Notes under the pieces: generated by a model | What the model saw: only the letters and a program-made list of their open reading frames with translations | Databases searched by the model: none | What the model was told of the DNA's origin: nothing | Shown: in pieces, positions 8,751 through 18,455 of the stretch | Layout of the letters: each line of letters opens with the position of its first letter | Position numbering within the stretch: position 1 is the first letter of the stretch | Program-made: the position numbers and the translations under genes | NCBI GenBank assembly: GCA_963700495.1 | Contig: CAVOXT010000002.1 | Span: 72,075-136,074, forward strand | Origin: an uncultured Actinomycetes bacterium | GTDB lineage: Bacteria; Actinomycetota; Thermoleophilia; Gaiellales; Gaiellaceae | DNA length: 64,000 nucleotides | Reading direction: 5' to 3'

Positions 8751-10959
8751 CTAGAGGCCGACGATGTCGTCGGGGCGGACGGGGACGCGCGCGAGCTCGC
8801 GTCCCGTCGCGTCGCGGAGCGCCGAGACGATCGCGGCGGTCGAGACGACCGTCGGCGGCTCGCCGACGCCCTTGACCCCGTAGGGCGCGCTCGGCTCGGG
8901 GACCTCGACGAGCACCGACTCGACCGGCGGCATGTCGAGCGTCGTCGGGATCAGGTAGTCGGTGAAGCTCGCGTTCGTGATCAGCCCGTCGCGCGTCTGG
9001 ATCTCCTCCATGAGCGCGAGCCCGAGGCCCTGCGCCGTGCCGCCCTCGATCTGACCCTCGACGGCGTGCGGGTTGATCGCCTTGCCGACGTCCTGCGCCG
9101 TGCCGATCCAGACGACGCGCGTCAGCCCGAGCTCGACGTCGACCTCTGCGACGACACGCATCGCCGCGCAGGCGAACGCGACGTGCGAGCGCTCGCCCGT
9201 GGTCTGGCCCGTCTCGGGATCGAGCGGGCTCGTGCGCGGGTGGCGATAGATCCGCTCGACGTCGACCTCGCCGCCCGGTCCGCTCCCGCTCCTCGAGCGC
9301 AGCGCGGCAGGCGAGCTGCACCGCGCCCGCGGCCATCCACGTCATGCGCGAGGCCGAGGCCGATCCCGCCGAGCCGACGGACGCCGTCGTGTGCGGCGCG
9401 AGCACGACGTCGTCGGTGCCGAGCTCGGTGCGCGCGACCTGGAGGATCACGTTCGTGACGCCCTGGCCGACCTCGGCCGCGGCGCAGTGCACCTCCGCGC
9501 CCCCGTCCGCGCGCAGCCGCACGCGCGCAGCGCAGTAGTCGTCGAAGCCCTCCGAGTAGCAGATGTTCTTGAAGCCGACCGCGAAGCCGACGCCGCGCCG
9601 GACGCCCTCGCCGCGGGTCGTGTTCCCGGCGCCGCCGGGGAGCCGGATCGGGTCGCGCGGGAGCTCCTCGGGCTCGGGTACCGGAAGCTCCGCCGCACGC
9701 CGGATCACCTCGGCGACGGGGAGCGACCCGTCGATCCGCTGGCCGGTCGGCAGGACGTCGCCGGGCGCGAGCGCGTTCCGGAGGCGGAGCTCGACCGGGT
9801 CGATCTCGAGCGCGACGGCGAGCTTGTCCATCTGCGCCTCGGCCGCGAAGCACGTCTGCACGGCGCCGAAGCCGCGCATCGCGCCGCAGGGCGGGTTGTT
9901 CGTGTAGACGCAGGTCGACTCGAGCAGAGCGTTCGGGACCGCGTACGGCCCGCACGCGAACGACGCCGCGTTCGATGTCACGGCGGTCGAGCTCGACGCG
10001 TACGCGCCGCCGTCGAGGAGGATCCGCATGCGGACGCAGACGAGGCGCCCGTCGCGGTTCGCCCGGTGCTCGGCCCAGATCCGCGCCGGGTGACGGTGCA
10101 CGTGCCCGACGAACGACTCCTCGCGCGAGTAGACCATCTTCACCGGCCGGCTCGTGTGCAGCGCGAGCAGCGCGCTGTGGATCTGCATCGAGAGGTCCTC
10201 GCGGCCGCCGAACGCGCCGCCGACGCCGGCGAGGTGGATCCGCACCTGCTCGGGCTCGAGGTCGAGGCACGGCGCGACCTGGTCGCGGTCGACGTGCAGC
10301 CACTGCGTCGCGACGTAGATGTCGACACCGCCCTCGCCGTCCGGCACCGCCAGTCCCGACTCCGGGCCGAGGAAGGCCTGGTCCTGGATCCCGAGCTCGT
10401 ACTCGCCGGAGACCGAGACGTCGCCGGCGGCGTCGGGGTCGCCGTGGCGGATCACGAGCCAGCGGACGACGTTCGGGCGCGGATCGTCGCGGTAGCCGTG
10501 CCCGTCCGTCCGCGCTGGTCGTGGATCGGCTCCTGCTCCAGCGCGCGCTCCGGGTCGACGACCGGCTCGAGCGGCTCGTACTCGACGCGGATCCGCTCGG
10601 CCGCGCGGCGCGCCTGCTCGGGATGCTCGGCTGCGACGAGCGCGACCGGCTCGCCGAAGTAGCGGACGCGGTCGAACGCGAGCACCGGCTGGTCCGGGAA
10701 CTCGAGCCCGTAGCGCTTCTGTCCCGGGACGTCCTCGTGCGTGAGCACCGCGTGGACGCCGGGCGAAGTCGAGCGCCTCGCCGAGGTCGATCTCGACGAT
10801 CCTCGCGTGCGCGTGCGGGCTGCGCAGTGTGTGCCCCCAGAGCATCCCGGCGGCGAAGAGGTCGCTCGAGTAGGCGAACTCGCCCGTCGTCTTCGGGATC
10901 CCGTCGACGCGCTGGACGATCTCGCCGACGCGGCCGAGCTTCAGAGCGCTGGCTCTCAT
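8751..10959 (-). pseudogene. xanthine dehydrogenase / aldehyde oxidase family molybdopterin-binding subunit (at least 3 frame breaks)
   Basis: The gene is split over three listed ORFs. The N-terminus and core lie in 8563..11541 (MRASALKLG..IPKTTGEFAYSSD; GGAFGGRED; CGAMRGFG). The middle lies in 10452..10748 (LTHEDVPGQKRYG). The C-terminus lies in 8751..9161 (GQIEGGTAQGLG..YGVKGVGE). Breaks fall near 10760, 10490 and 9285. The start ATG overlaps the stop of the small subunit (ATGA). Confidence 0.85.
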
Positions 10960-11408
10960 TGCGCGGCCAGCCGGACCGCGTCGAAGATCTTCGCGTAGCC
11001 GGTGCAGCGGCAGAGGTTGCCCGAGAGCGCCTCGCGGATCTCGTCGTCGTTCGGGTTCGCGTTGTGCGCGAGCAGGTCGGCGGTCGCGACGACGAGGCCG
11101 GGCGTGCAGAACCCGCACTGCACGGCGCCGGCCTCGACGAACGCCTCCTGCACGCGGTGCAGCTCGCCGTTCTCCGCGAGGCCTTCGACCGTGACGACGT
11201 CGTGCCCGTCGGCCTGCGCGGCGAGCACGAGACACGCGCAGACGAGCGTGCCGTCGAGGAGCACGGAGCACGAGCCGCACTCGCCCTGCTCGCACGCGTT
11301 CTTCGAACCCGGGAGCCCGAGCCGCTCGCGCAGCGCGAAGAGCAGGCTCTCGCCCTCCCAGACGTCGGCCTCGCGCGGCTCGCCGTTGACGGTGAGCTCG
11401 ATCTTCAT
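10956..11408 (-). CDS. (2Fe-2S)-binding small subunit of xanthine dehydrogenase family enzyme
   Basis: ORF 10956..11429, with the start taken at MKIELTVNG. The cluster motifs 'CEQGECGSCSV' and 'CGFCTPG..CRCTGY' are present. Confidence 0.9.
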   Translation of the reverse strand: MKIELTVNGEPREADVWEGESLLFALRERLGLPGSKNACEQGECGSCSVLLDGTLVCACLVLAAQADGHDVVTVEGLAENGELHRVQEAFVEAGAVQCGFCTPGLVVATADLLAHNANPNDDEIREALSGNLCRCTGYAKIFDAVRLAAQ

Positions 11409-12197
11409 GCGAGACACCGTCGAGCGCACGCTTCGTCAGGACGCGCAGCGCGTGCCGGCGGTACGCGGCCGTCCCGCGGACGTCGTCGATCGGGCTCGCG
11501 GCCTCGGCGACGCGATCCGGAAACGACTCGACCTCGTCCACGCCCTGCGCGCACGAGCGTCGGCACCGGGACCCGCGGAGCCGAAGGCGGCGCGGAGCTC
11601 GTCGCGCTCGACGCGCAGCGCGAGCGACACGACCGCGATCACCATCGCGTTGCGCGGCCCGACCTTCATGAACGTCTCGCCGGCCGGACGCGACGGGCGA
11701 GCACCACGGCGACGATCAGCTCGTCGTCCGCGAGGACGTTCCGCTTCGGCCCGACGACGAAGTCCTGCGAGCGCGACGCGTGCGCTCGCCGCGCACGCTC
11801 GCGAGCTCGACGTCCGTCTCCGCGACGAGCAGCGGCGGCAGCGCGTCCCCGGCCGGCGACGCGGTGCCGAGGTTGCCGCCGATCGTGCCGCGGTTCCGGA
11901 TCTGCGGCGAGCCGACCGTGCGCGACGCTTCGGCGAGGGCCGGCAGCAGGCTCGGCGAGCGGCTCCTCCATCGCCTCGGCGTACGTCAGCCCGGCGCCGA
12001 GCCGGAGCGTCCCGTTCTCGCGCGACCAGCCGCGCAGCTCGGGCACTTCGTTCAGGTTCAGCAGGGTCGGCGGGCGCAGCCGGTCGAAGTTGAGCCCGAC
12101 CATCACGTCCGTGCCGCCCGGGATCGGAACGGCGTCCGGGCGCTCCGCCTTCAGCCGCAGCGCCTCCGTCGAGCGACTGCGGACTGAGGACGTCCAC
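11405..12197 (-). pseudogene. FAD-binding (CoxM/XdhB-like) medium subunit (about 5-6 frame breaks)
   Basis: Recognisable pieces are scattered over three frames: 'DVLSPQSLD', then 'EALRLKAERPDAVPIPGGTDVMVGLNFDRLRPP', 'GSPQIRNRGTIGGNLGTASPAGD', 'DFVVGPKRNVLADDELIVAVVL', 'FMKVGPRNAMVIAVVSLAL' and 'IDDVRGTAAYRRHALRVLTKRAL'. Confidence 0.75.
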
Positions 12198-12226
12198 GGC
12201 GTCTAAGGGTAGTACGTTAGGCGCGT

Positions 12227-13925
12227 ATGCCCGACCTGGCGCGCCGCCTAGCCGTCGCCCGCGGGGACGAGCCTGCCGACCTCGTCGTGCGCGGCGGCCG
12301 CGTGCTCTCCGTGTTCACGCGCGAGTGGCTCGAGGTCGACGTCGCCGTCGTCGACGGGTTCGTCGCCGGCCTCGGCGACTACGAAGGGCGCGAGACGCTC
12401 GACGCATCGGGCCGCTACGTCGTGCCCGGCTTCATCGACGCGCACATGCACCTCGAGTCGTCGAAGCTGCTGGTGGACGAGTTCGCGCGCCTCGTGCTCC
12501 CGCTCGGCACGACGGCCGTCGTCGCCGACCCGCACGAGATCGCGAACGTGCTCGGCACCGACGGCGTGCACTGGCTGCTCGACGCGTGCGACGACCTGCC
12601 GCTCGACGTGTTCTTCATGGCGTCGTCGTGCGTCCCCGCGTCGCAGCTTCGAGTCGCCGCGGCGCGAGCTGACGCACGGGCGACCTCGAAGGGCCTGCTC
12701 CGGCGGCGGCGCGTGCTCGGGCTCGCCGAGATGATGAACTTCCCCGGCGTCATCGCCGGCGACGAGCGCGAGCTCGAGAAGCTCGCGGCTCGACGGCGCG
12801 TCGCACGTCGACGGCCACGCGCCGGGCGTCCTCGGAAAGCGGCTCAACGCCTACGCGGCCGCCGGCATCCGCTCCGACCACGAGGCGTACACGGCGGAGG
12901 AAGGGCGGCGAGCGGCTCCGCGCGGGGATGTGGCTCCTGATCCGCGAGGCGTCCGACGGCGCGGAACCTCGAAGCGCTGCTGCCGCTCGTCCGTGAGTTC
13001 GGGCCGGCTCGGATCGCGTTCTGCACCGACGACCGCGAGCCCGAGCACATCGTCGACGAGGGCCACGTGAACTCGATGGTGCGCGCGAGCGTCGCGCAGG
13101 GGATCGCCCCCGAGGACGCGCTCGTGATGGCCTCGCACAACGCGGCCACATGGCACGGGCTCACGCAGCTGGGAGCGATCGCGCCCGGGTATCAGGCCGA
13201 TCTGCTCGTGCTGCCCGACCTCGAGCGGTTCGAGCCGGAGCGCGTCCTCAAGCGCGGGCGACCCGTCGGCGAGTTCGCGAGCCCGCAGGTCCCGGAGTGG
13301 GTCAAGCACACGGTCCGCGTCGCGCCGATGACTCCTGCCCGACTTCGACCTCCGCTCCACAGGAGGCCCGGTCCGCGTGATCGGCGTCGTCCCCGATCAG
13401 ATCGTGACCGACTCGCTCGTCGAGGAGCCGACCATGCGCGACGGCAGCATCGCGACGGACCCCGAGCGCGACCTCGCGAAGATCGCGGTCGTCGAGCGCC
13501 ACCTCGGGACGGGACGCATCGGGCTCGGCCTCGTCCGCGGCTTCGGGCTCCGCCAGGGCGCGCTCGCGTCGACGATCGCGCACGACGCGCACAACATCGT
13601 CGTCGTCGGGGCGAGCGACCGCGATCTGCACCGCGCGGTCGAGCGGCTCGTCGAGCTCGGCGGCGGCATCGTCGTCGTGTCCGAGGGGAGCGTGCGCGCG
13701 GAGCTGCCGCTTCCCGTCGCAGGCCTGCTGTCCGACCTGCGGCTCGACGAGGTCGTCAGGGCGAGCCGGGCGTGCGTCGAGGCTGCGCGCGCGCTCGGGT
13801 GCACGCTTCCTTCGCCCTTCCAGTCGCTCGCGTTTCTCGCGCTGTCGGTCATCCCGAGCCTGAAGATCACCGACCGGGGCCTCGTCGACGTCGACCGCTT
13901 CGAGCTGGTGCCGCTCGAGGTGTGA
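12227..13925 (+). pseudogene. ade: adenine deaminase (at least 6 frame breaks)
   Basis: The N-terminus lies in ORF 12227..12940 ([33 protein letters not shown]). The middle lies at the start of 13067..15019 (APGYQADLLVL). The C-terminus lies in 13377..13925 (IAHDAHNIVVVG, GGGIVVV). Around 12640-12700 three breaks occur within about 60 nt and the frame is then restored. Confidence 0.85.
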
Positions 13926-15257
13926 GCACGCTCTTCGCCAACGCGCACGTCGTCACGATGGACGACAACGGGACCGAGCACGCAGGCGGCTGGCTGCTCG
14001 TCGAGGACGGGTTCGTCCGCGAGGTCGGCGGCGGTCCGGAGCCGGACGCGACGAGCGCGTCGACCTCGGCGGCGCCGTCGTCACGCCGGGCCTCGTCAAC
14101 ACGCACCACCACCTGTACCAGACGCTCACGCGCGCGCGGGCCCAGCAGGCCGACCTGTTCACGCTGGCTGCGCGAGCTCTATCCGGTCTGGGCGCGCGTC
14201 GACGCCGAGGCCGAGTACGCCGCCGCTCGCACCGGGCTCGCCGAGCTCGCGCTGTCCGGTTGCACGACGGTGTTCGACCACCACTACGTCTTCCCGCGCG
14301 GGCGGCAGGGGCTCGTCGAGGCCGAGGTGCAGGCGGCCCGTGAGCTCGGCGTCCGGATCGTCGCGTCGCGCGGCTCGATGGATCTCGGCGAGTCCGACGG
14401 CGGGCTGCCGCCGGACGAGCTGGTCGAGGACCTGGACGCTGTGCTCGCGGACACCGAGCGGCTCGCGGGGGAGCTCCACGAGGCCGGCCCGGGCGCGCGC
14501 GTCCAGCTCGCGGTCGCGCCGTGCTCGCCGTTCTCGGTCACCGGCCGGCTGATGGAGGAGTCCGCCGCGCTCGCGCGCCGGCTCGGCCTGCCGCTCCACA
14601 CGCACCTCGCGGAGACGGTCGAGGAGGACGACTACTGCCGCGAGCTCTACGGCTGCTCGCCCGTCGAGTACCTGGAGCGGCTCGGCTGGCTCGCCGGCGA
14701 CGTCTGGTGCGCGCACTGCGTGCACATCGGCGACGCCGACGTCGCGCCGCTTCGGGGAGACGGGCACCGGCGTCGCGCACTGCCCGACCTCGAACCTGCG
14801 TCTCGGCGCCGGTGTCGCACCCGTCCGCGAGCTCGTCGACGCGGGCGTCCGCGTCGGGCTCGGCGTCGACGGATCCGCGTCGAACGAGCGGAGCGACCTG
14901 TTCCTCGAGGTGAAGCAGGCGCTGCTCGTCGCGCGCGGGCGGGGCGGGCCGGATGCGCTCACGGTGCGCGACGCGCTCGCGCTCGGCACGCGCGGCGGCG
15001 CCGCCGTCCTCGGCCGTGACGACATCGGCTCGCTCGAGCCGGGGAAGTGCGCCGACTTCGCCGTCTGGAACGTCGACGGGCTCGAGCTCGGCGGCGCCGA
15101 GGACCTCGTCGCCGGGCTCGTGCTCTCCGCGCCGCACCGGGTCGACCGTCTGATCGTCGGCGGCGACGAGGTCGTGCGCGACGGCCGGCTCGTGCGGGCC
15201 GACGAGGACGAGATCGCTCGCGAGCACCGGCTGCAGGCGAGAAGATTCGCCGCATGA
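13922..15257 (+). pseudogene. amidohydrolase, 8-oxoguanine/guanine-deaminase-like (3 frame breaks)
   Basis: The GTG at 13922 overlaps the ade stop (GTGA). 'VSTLFANAHVVTMDD' and 'HTHLAETVEE' lie in the frame of ORF 13067..15019. The metal motif 'GLVNTHHHLYQT' is readable only in a shifted frame between about 14045 and 14160. The tail 'HCPTSNLRLG..GVDGSASN..' runs into ORF 14910..15257. Confidence 0.75.
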
Positions 15258-15541
15258 CTCTCTCGACGCACGTCCTCGACACGGAGCGCGGACGGCCGGC
15301 GGCGGGCGTCCGCGTCGAGCTGTACCGGGGCGACGACCGGCTCGCGGATCAGACGACCGACGAGGACGGCCGCATCGCCGACCTCGCCCCGGGGCTCGAC
15401 CCGGGCGTCTACCGGCTCGTCTTCCACCCGGGGTCGCCGTTCTTCCGCCGCGTCGAGCTCGAGGTCGAGCTCGGCGACGGCCACAACCACGTCCCGCTCC
15501 TCGTCTCCTCCTACGCGTGCGTGACCTACCGCGGCAGCTGA
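15254..15541 (+). CDS. uraH: hydroxyisourate hydrolase (transthyretin-like)
   Basis: The ATG at 15254 lies inside ORF 15047..15541 and overlaps the upstream stop (ATGA). The protein begins 'MTLSTHVLDTERGRPAAGV' and ends with the C-terminal 'YRGS' signature. Confidence 0.9.
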   Translation: MTLSTHVLDTERGRPAAGVRVELYRGDDRLADQTTDEDGRIADLAPGLDPGVYRLVFHPGSPFFRRVELEVELGDGHNHVPLLVSSYACVTYRGS

Positions 15542-15543
15542 CC

Positions 15544-15954
15544 GTGGACGAGCTCGCGGAGCTGTTCGAGGGCCGCACCCGTTTCGTCGAGCGCCTCGCG
15601 CAGCTCGAAGACCCACTCGACGCGGCCTCGGGCCTGATCGACCGGGTTCCCGAGGACGAGGTGGTCGAGGCGCTTGCAGCGCACCCTCCGATCGGCGGCA
15701 AGGGCCTCTCCGAACGCTCGGCGCACGAGCAGGGCACGGACGACGACGCCGCCGTCGAGACCGAGCTCGCGTACCTGAACCAGGTCTACGAGGAGAAGTT
15801 CGGCTTCCGCTTCGTCGTCTTCGTCAACCGGCGCCCGAGGCGCGAGATCCTCGAGGTCCTGCGCGAGCGGCTGGCGCGAACGCGTGAGGAGGAGCTCGAC
15901 ACGGCGATGCACGAGCTCGTCGCGATCGCGCGCGACCGCTGGACGAACCCGTGA
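15544..15954 (+). CDS. uraD: OHCU (2-oxo-4-hydroxy-4-carboxy-5-ureidoimidazoline) decarboxylase
   Basis: Frame of ORF 15517..15954, with the start taken at the in-frame GTG 3 nt after the uraH stop. Motifs are 'AAHPPIG', 'LNQVYEEKFGFRFVVFV' and 'REEEL'. Confidence 0.85.
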   Translation: MDELAELFEGRTRFVERLAQLEDPLDAASGLIDRVPEDEVVEALAAHPPIGGKGLSERSAHEQGTDDDAAVETELAYLNQVYEEKFGFRFVVFVNRRPRREILEVLRERLARTREEELDTAMHELVAIARDRWTNP

Positions 15955-15978
15955 CTGTCGCTCGCCTTCGGCCCCTCC

Positions 15979-16003
15979 GTGGGGGAAACCAGGTTTCCCC
16001 CAC
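15979..16003 (+). terminator. perfect palindrome GTGGGGGAAACC-A-GGTTTCCCCCAC followed by a T-rich tract
   Basis: A 12-nt inverted repeat lies 25 nt after the uraD stop. 'ttcttcttgtctt' follows within 10 nt. Confidence 0.45.
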
Positions 16004-16023
16004 GAGCCCCTTCTTCTTGTCTT

Positions 16024-16048
16024 GTGGGGGAACCTCCCGGTCCCCCAC
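16024..16048 (+). promoter_or_regulatory. second hairpin with the same arms (GTGGGGGA-9 nt-TCCCCCAC) upstream of puuD
   Basis: An 8-bp stem reuses the arm sequence of the first hairpin and lies 35 nt upstream of the puuD ATG. Its function is unknown. Confidence 0.3.
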
Positions 16049-16082
16049 CCCCTCCACCCGCTCACGGGCTAAGAACTGGCCC

Positions 16083-17289
16083 ATGAGCGTTCTCCTCGAC
16101 GCCTACGTCGTCGACTGGCTCGACCTGCTCATTCGCTGGCTCCACGTCGTTGCTGCGATCGTCTGGATCGGCACGTCGTTCTACTTCGTCGCGCTCGACA
16201 GCCATCTGCTCCCACCGCGGGACCGGCGCGACGGCGACGAGGGCATCGGCGGCGAGTCGTGGGAGATCCACGGCGGCGGCTTCTACCGCGTGCAGAAGTA
16301 CCGCGTCGCGCCGGAGACGCTGCCCGAGCCCTTGCACTGGTACAAGTGGGAGGCGTACACGACCTGGCTGAGCGGCTTCGCGTTGCTCGTCGTCCTGTAC
16401 TACGTCGACGCCGACACGTACCTCGTCGACCCCGCGGTCGCGGATCTCAGCACGCAGTCGGCGGTCGCACTCAGCCTCGCCCTGCTCGTGCTCTCGTGGT
16501 TCGTCTACGACGGACTCTGCCGGCTGCTCGGCAACCGCGAGCTGCTGCTCGCCGGCGCGCTCGTCGCCTTCGTGACGGTTTCGGCCTACGTGGTGAGCGA
16601 GCTGTTCAGCGCCCGCGCTCTGCCGATTCAGCTCGGGGCGATGATCGGGACGATGATGGTCGGCAACGTCCTGTTCGTGATCATCCCGGGCCACTGGGAG
16701 CTGATCCGCGCGAAGCAGGCCGGGCGCGAGCCGGACCCGGTGCACGGGATCAAGGGCAAGCAGCGCTCGGTGCACAACAACTACCTGACGCTGCCCGTCG
16801 TCCTGGCGATGCTCGGGCCGCACTTTCCGTTTGCATTTGCAGGTGACAACGGGTGGCTCGTCCTCGTCGCGCTGATGCTGGTCGGCGCGTGGGTACGCCA
16901 CTTCTTCAACCTGCGGCATCAGGGTCGAACGGTCTGGGCGATCCCGGTCACCGCGGCGCTCGCGGTCATCGCGATCGCCGTCGCGATCCGCCCGGACGAC
17001 ACCGCGACCGCGGACACCGGTGCCGCGGTGCCGTTCGCAGCGGTCGCGACGATCGTCGAGCAGCGATGCGCGACGTGCCACTCGGCGAGCGCCGACGAAC
17101 GAGTCGTTCTCGACGGCGCCGCTGGGGATCATGTTCGACACGCCGGAGCAGATCCGCGCGCGTGCGGACGCGATCGACGAGCAGGCGGTGCGAACGAAGG
17201 CGATGCCGCTCGGGAACGTGACGGGGATGACGGACTTGGAGCGCGAGCTACTCGGCCGCTGGATCGCGCAGGGCGCGCGCGTTCCTTAG
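16083..17289 (+). pseudogene. puuD: membrane urate hydroxylase (cytochrome-c type, PuuD) (one frame break near 17095)
   Basis: The ATG at 16083 (MSVLLDAYVVDW) lies inside ORF 15951..17363. The protein is polytopic and carries the heme-c motif 'CATCHS'. The family C-terminus 'PLGIMFDTPEQI..MPLGNVTGMTDLERELLGRW' continues in ORF 17020..17289. Confidence 0.85.
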
Positions 17290-17359
17290 CTTCCGGACCG
17301 ACCGAGAAATACCCAATCTTCACGACAAGACCAATATCGTATTGTGATAACCTATCCTC
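17290..17359 (+). promoter_or_regulatory. AT-rich intergenic region upstream of vapB (probable TA promoter/operator)
   Basis: This is the lowest-G+C stretch I see in the window (..aaatacccaatcttcacgacaagaccaatatcgtattgtgataacctatcctc). No convincing -35/-10 spacing could be fixed. Confidence 0.25.
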
Positions 17360-17595
17360 ATGAAGCAACACCGAATCACGCAGGGTGGCCAGTTTCACTA
17401 CCAGCTGCTGTGCGGAGGCGATGGGGCACTTCGACTGTCGGTATCGAGGATCTCGGCGATTCCGTCGTGGTCAGGCCGCTGCCCGACGATCCGATCGCGG
17501 CCGCCCGCGGTGCGCTGCAAGGACGCATCGGCTCGATCGCCGAACTTCGCGCCAAGGCGCGAAAGGATGAGGGAAGCGCCGAAGGCCGGCGTTGA
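17360..17595 (+). CDS. vapB: AbrB/SpoVT-fold antitoxin (VapB-like)
   Basis: The ATG at 17360 gives 'MKQHRITQGGQ', then the frame of ORF 17344..17595 gives 'VSLPAAVRRRWG..VVVRPLPDD'. Together these form the canonical looped-hinge motif, but only if one base is missing near 17393. Alternatively the gene starts at the GTG at 17344 with no break. The stop overlaps the vapC start (TTGA). Confidence 0.7.
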
Positions 17596-18026
17596 TTCTC
17601 CTCGACGCCTACGCCCTTGTCGCGCTCGTAGCGGAAGAGCCGGCAGCCGACGAAGTCGAGAACCTGCTGCGGACAGGAGACACTGGAATGGTGGTCGCAA
17701 ATCTCGCCGAGGCGGTTGACATCTCTCAGCGCGTTCATGGTCTCGGCGCGGACGATGTCCGAGCGGCGCTGGAGCCTCTACTCCTGGCAGACGTTGTCTC
17801 GGTAGTCATCTCAGGAGAGCCCGACGCGTGGCTCGCAGCTGAGCTTCGCGCACGGCACTACGACAGAAAGACGCGCTCGCTTTCCATGGCAGATTGCTTC
17901 CTGCTCGCTCACGCGCTCACGGCGAGTGCTCGGATCGCAACGGCTGACCCCCCGCTTGCCGGGGCTGCACGATCCGAGAGCATCGGGGTGGTTGCCCTTC
18001 CCGACTCGGCCGGCAATCGGCCGTAG
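17592..18026 (+). CDS. vapC: PIN-domain ribonuclease toxin (VapC-like)
   Basis: The ORF begins 'MILLDAYALVAL' (N-terminal acidic PIN residue) and later carries 'SMADCFLLAHAL'. It is 144 aa and has a 4-nt overlap with the antitoxin. Confidence 0.85.
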   Translation: MILLDAYALVALVAEEPAADEVENLLRTGDTGMVVANLAEAVDISQRVHGLGADDVRAALEPLLLADVVSVVISGEPDAWLAAELRARHYDRKTRSLSMADCFLLAHALTASARIATADPPLAGAARSESIGVVALPDSAGNRP

Positions 18027-18044
18027 TCCCTTAGAGTCGCTCTC

Positions 18045-18455
18045 GTGATCGAGATCGCCGCCGGTGGGTTTCGCTTCGTCGCTCGCTTCGAGGAGGAGGC
18101 CGCGCCGCAGAGTGTCGCGGCGTTCCGTCGGCTGCTTCCGCTCGAGTCGAAGATCATCCACTGCCGCTGGAGCGGCGAGTCGAACTGGATCCCCTTCGGC
18201 GAGCTCGAGCTCGGGATCGGGCCCGAGAACGCGACCTGCTACCCCGCGCCCGGCCAGCTGTTGCTCTACCCCGGCGGTCTGAGCGAGACCGAGCTTCTGT
18301 TCCCGTATGGTCACTGCGCGTTCGCGAGCAAAGCAGGCCCGCTGGCCGGGAACCACTTCGCGACCGTGATCGAGGGTCTCGAGCACCTCCCCGAGCTCGG
18401 CCGGCGCACCCTCTGGCAGGGCGCTCAGGAGATCACGTTCGAGGAGCGCGCCTAG
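18045..18455 (+). CDS. DUF3830 (cyclophilin-like) family protein
   Basis: 136 aa. 'FVARFEEEAAPQSVAAFRRLLP..HCRWSGES' resembles DUF3830 as I recall it. It lies in a ureide-pathway context. Confidence 0.65.
   Translation: MIEIAAGGFRFVARFEEEAAPQSVAAFRRLLPLESKIIHCRWSGESNWIPFGELELGIGPENATCYPAPGQLLLYPGGLSETELLFPYGHCAFASKAGPLAGNHFATVIEGLEHLPELGRRTLWQGAQEITFEERA

Noticed and set aside
9975-12206. 743-aa plus-strand ORF across the xanthine-dehydrogenase genes, and similar ORFs elsewhere (17811..19373 -, 46011..48323 -, 50378..51781 -, 53451..54758 -).
   Set aside because: They show the same off-frame or antisense composition (poly-Arg, no motifs). Each lies antisense to or out of frame with a gene that has clear family motifs.
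13067-15019. 650-aa ORF spanning the adenine deaminase middle and the next amidohydrolase.
   Set aside because: It joins pieces of two different genes. The ade C-terminus is in ORF 13377..13925, and a GTGA junction at 13922 separates the genes.
15951-16082. N-terminal extension of the puuD ORF, and small ORFs 15824..16084 - and 15884..16072 +.
   Set aside because: They are translations of the twin palindromic hairpins. The conserved PuuD sequence starts at ATG 16083.
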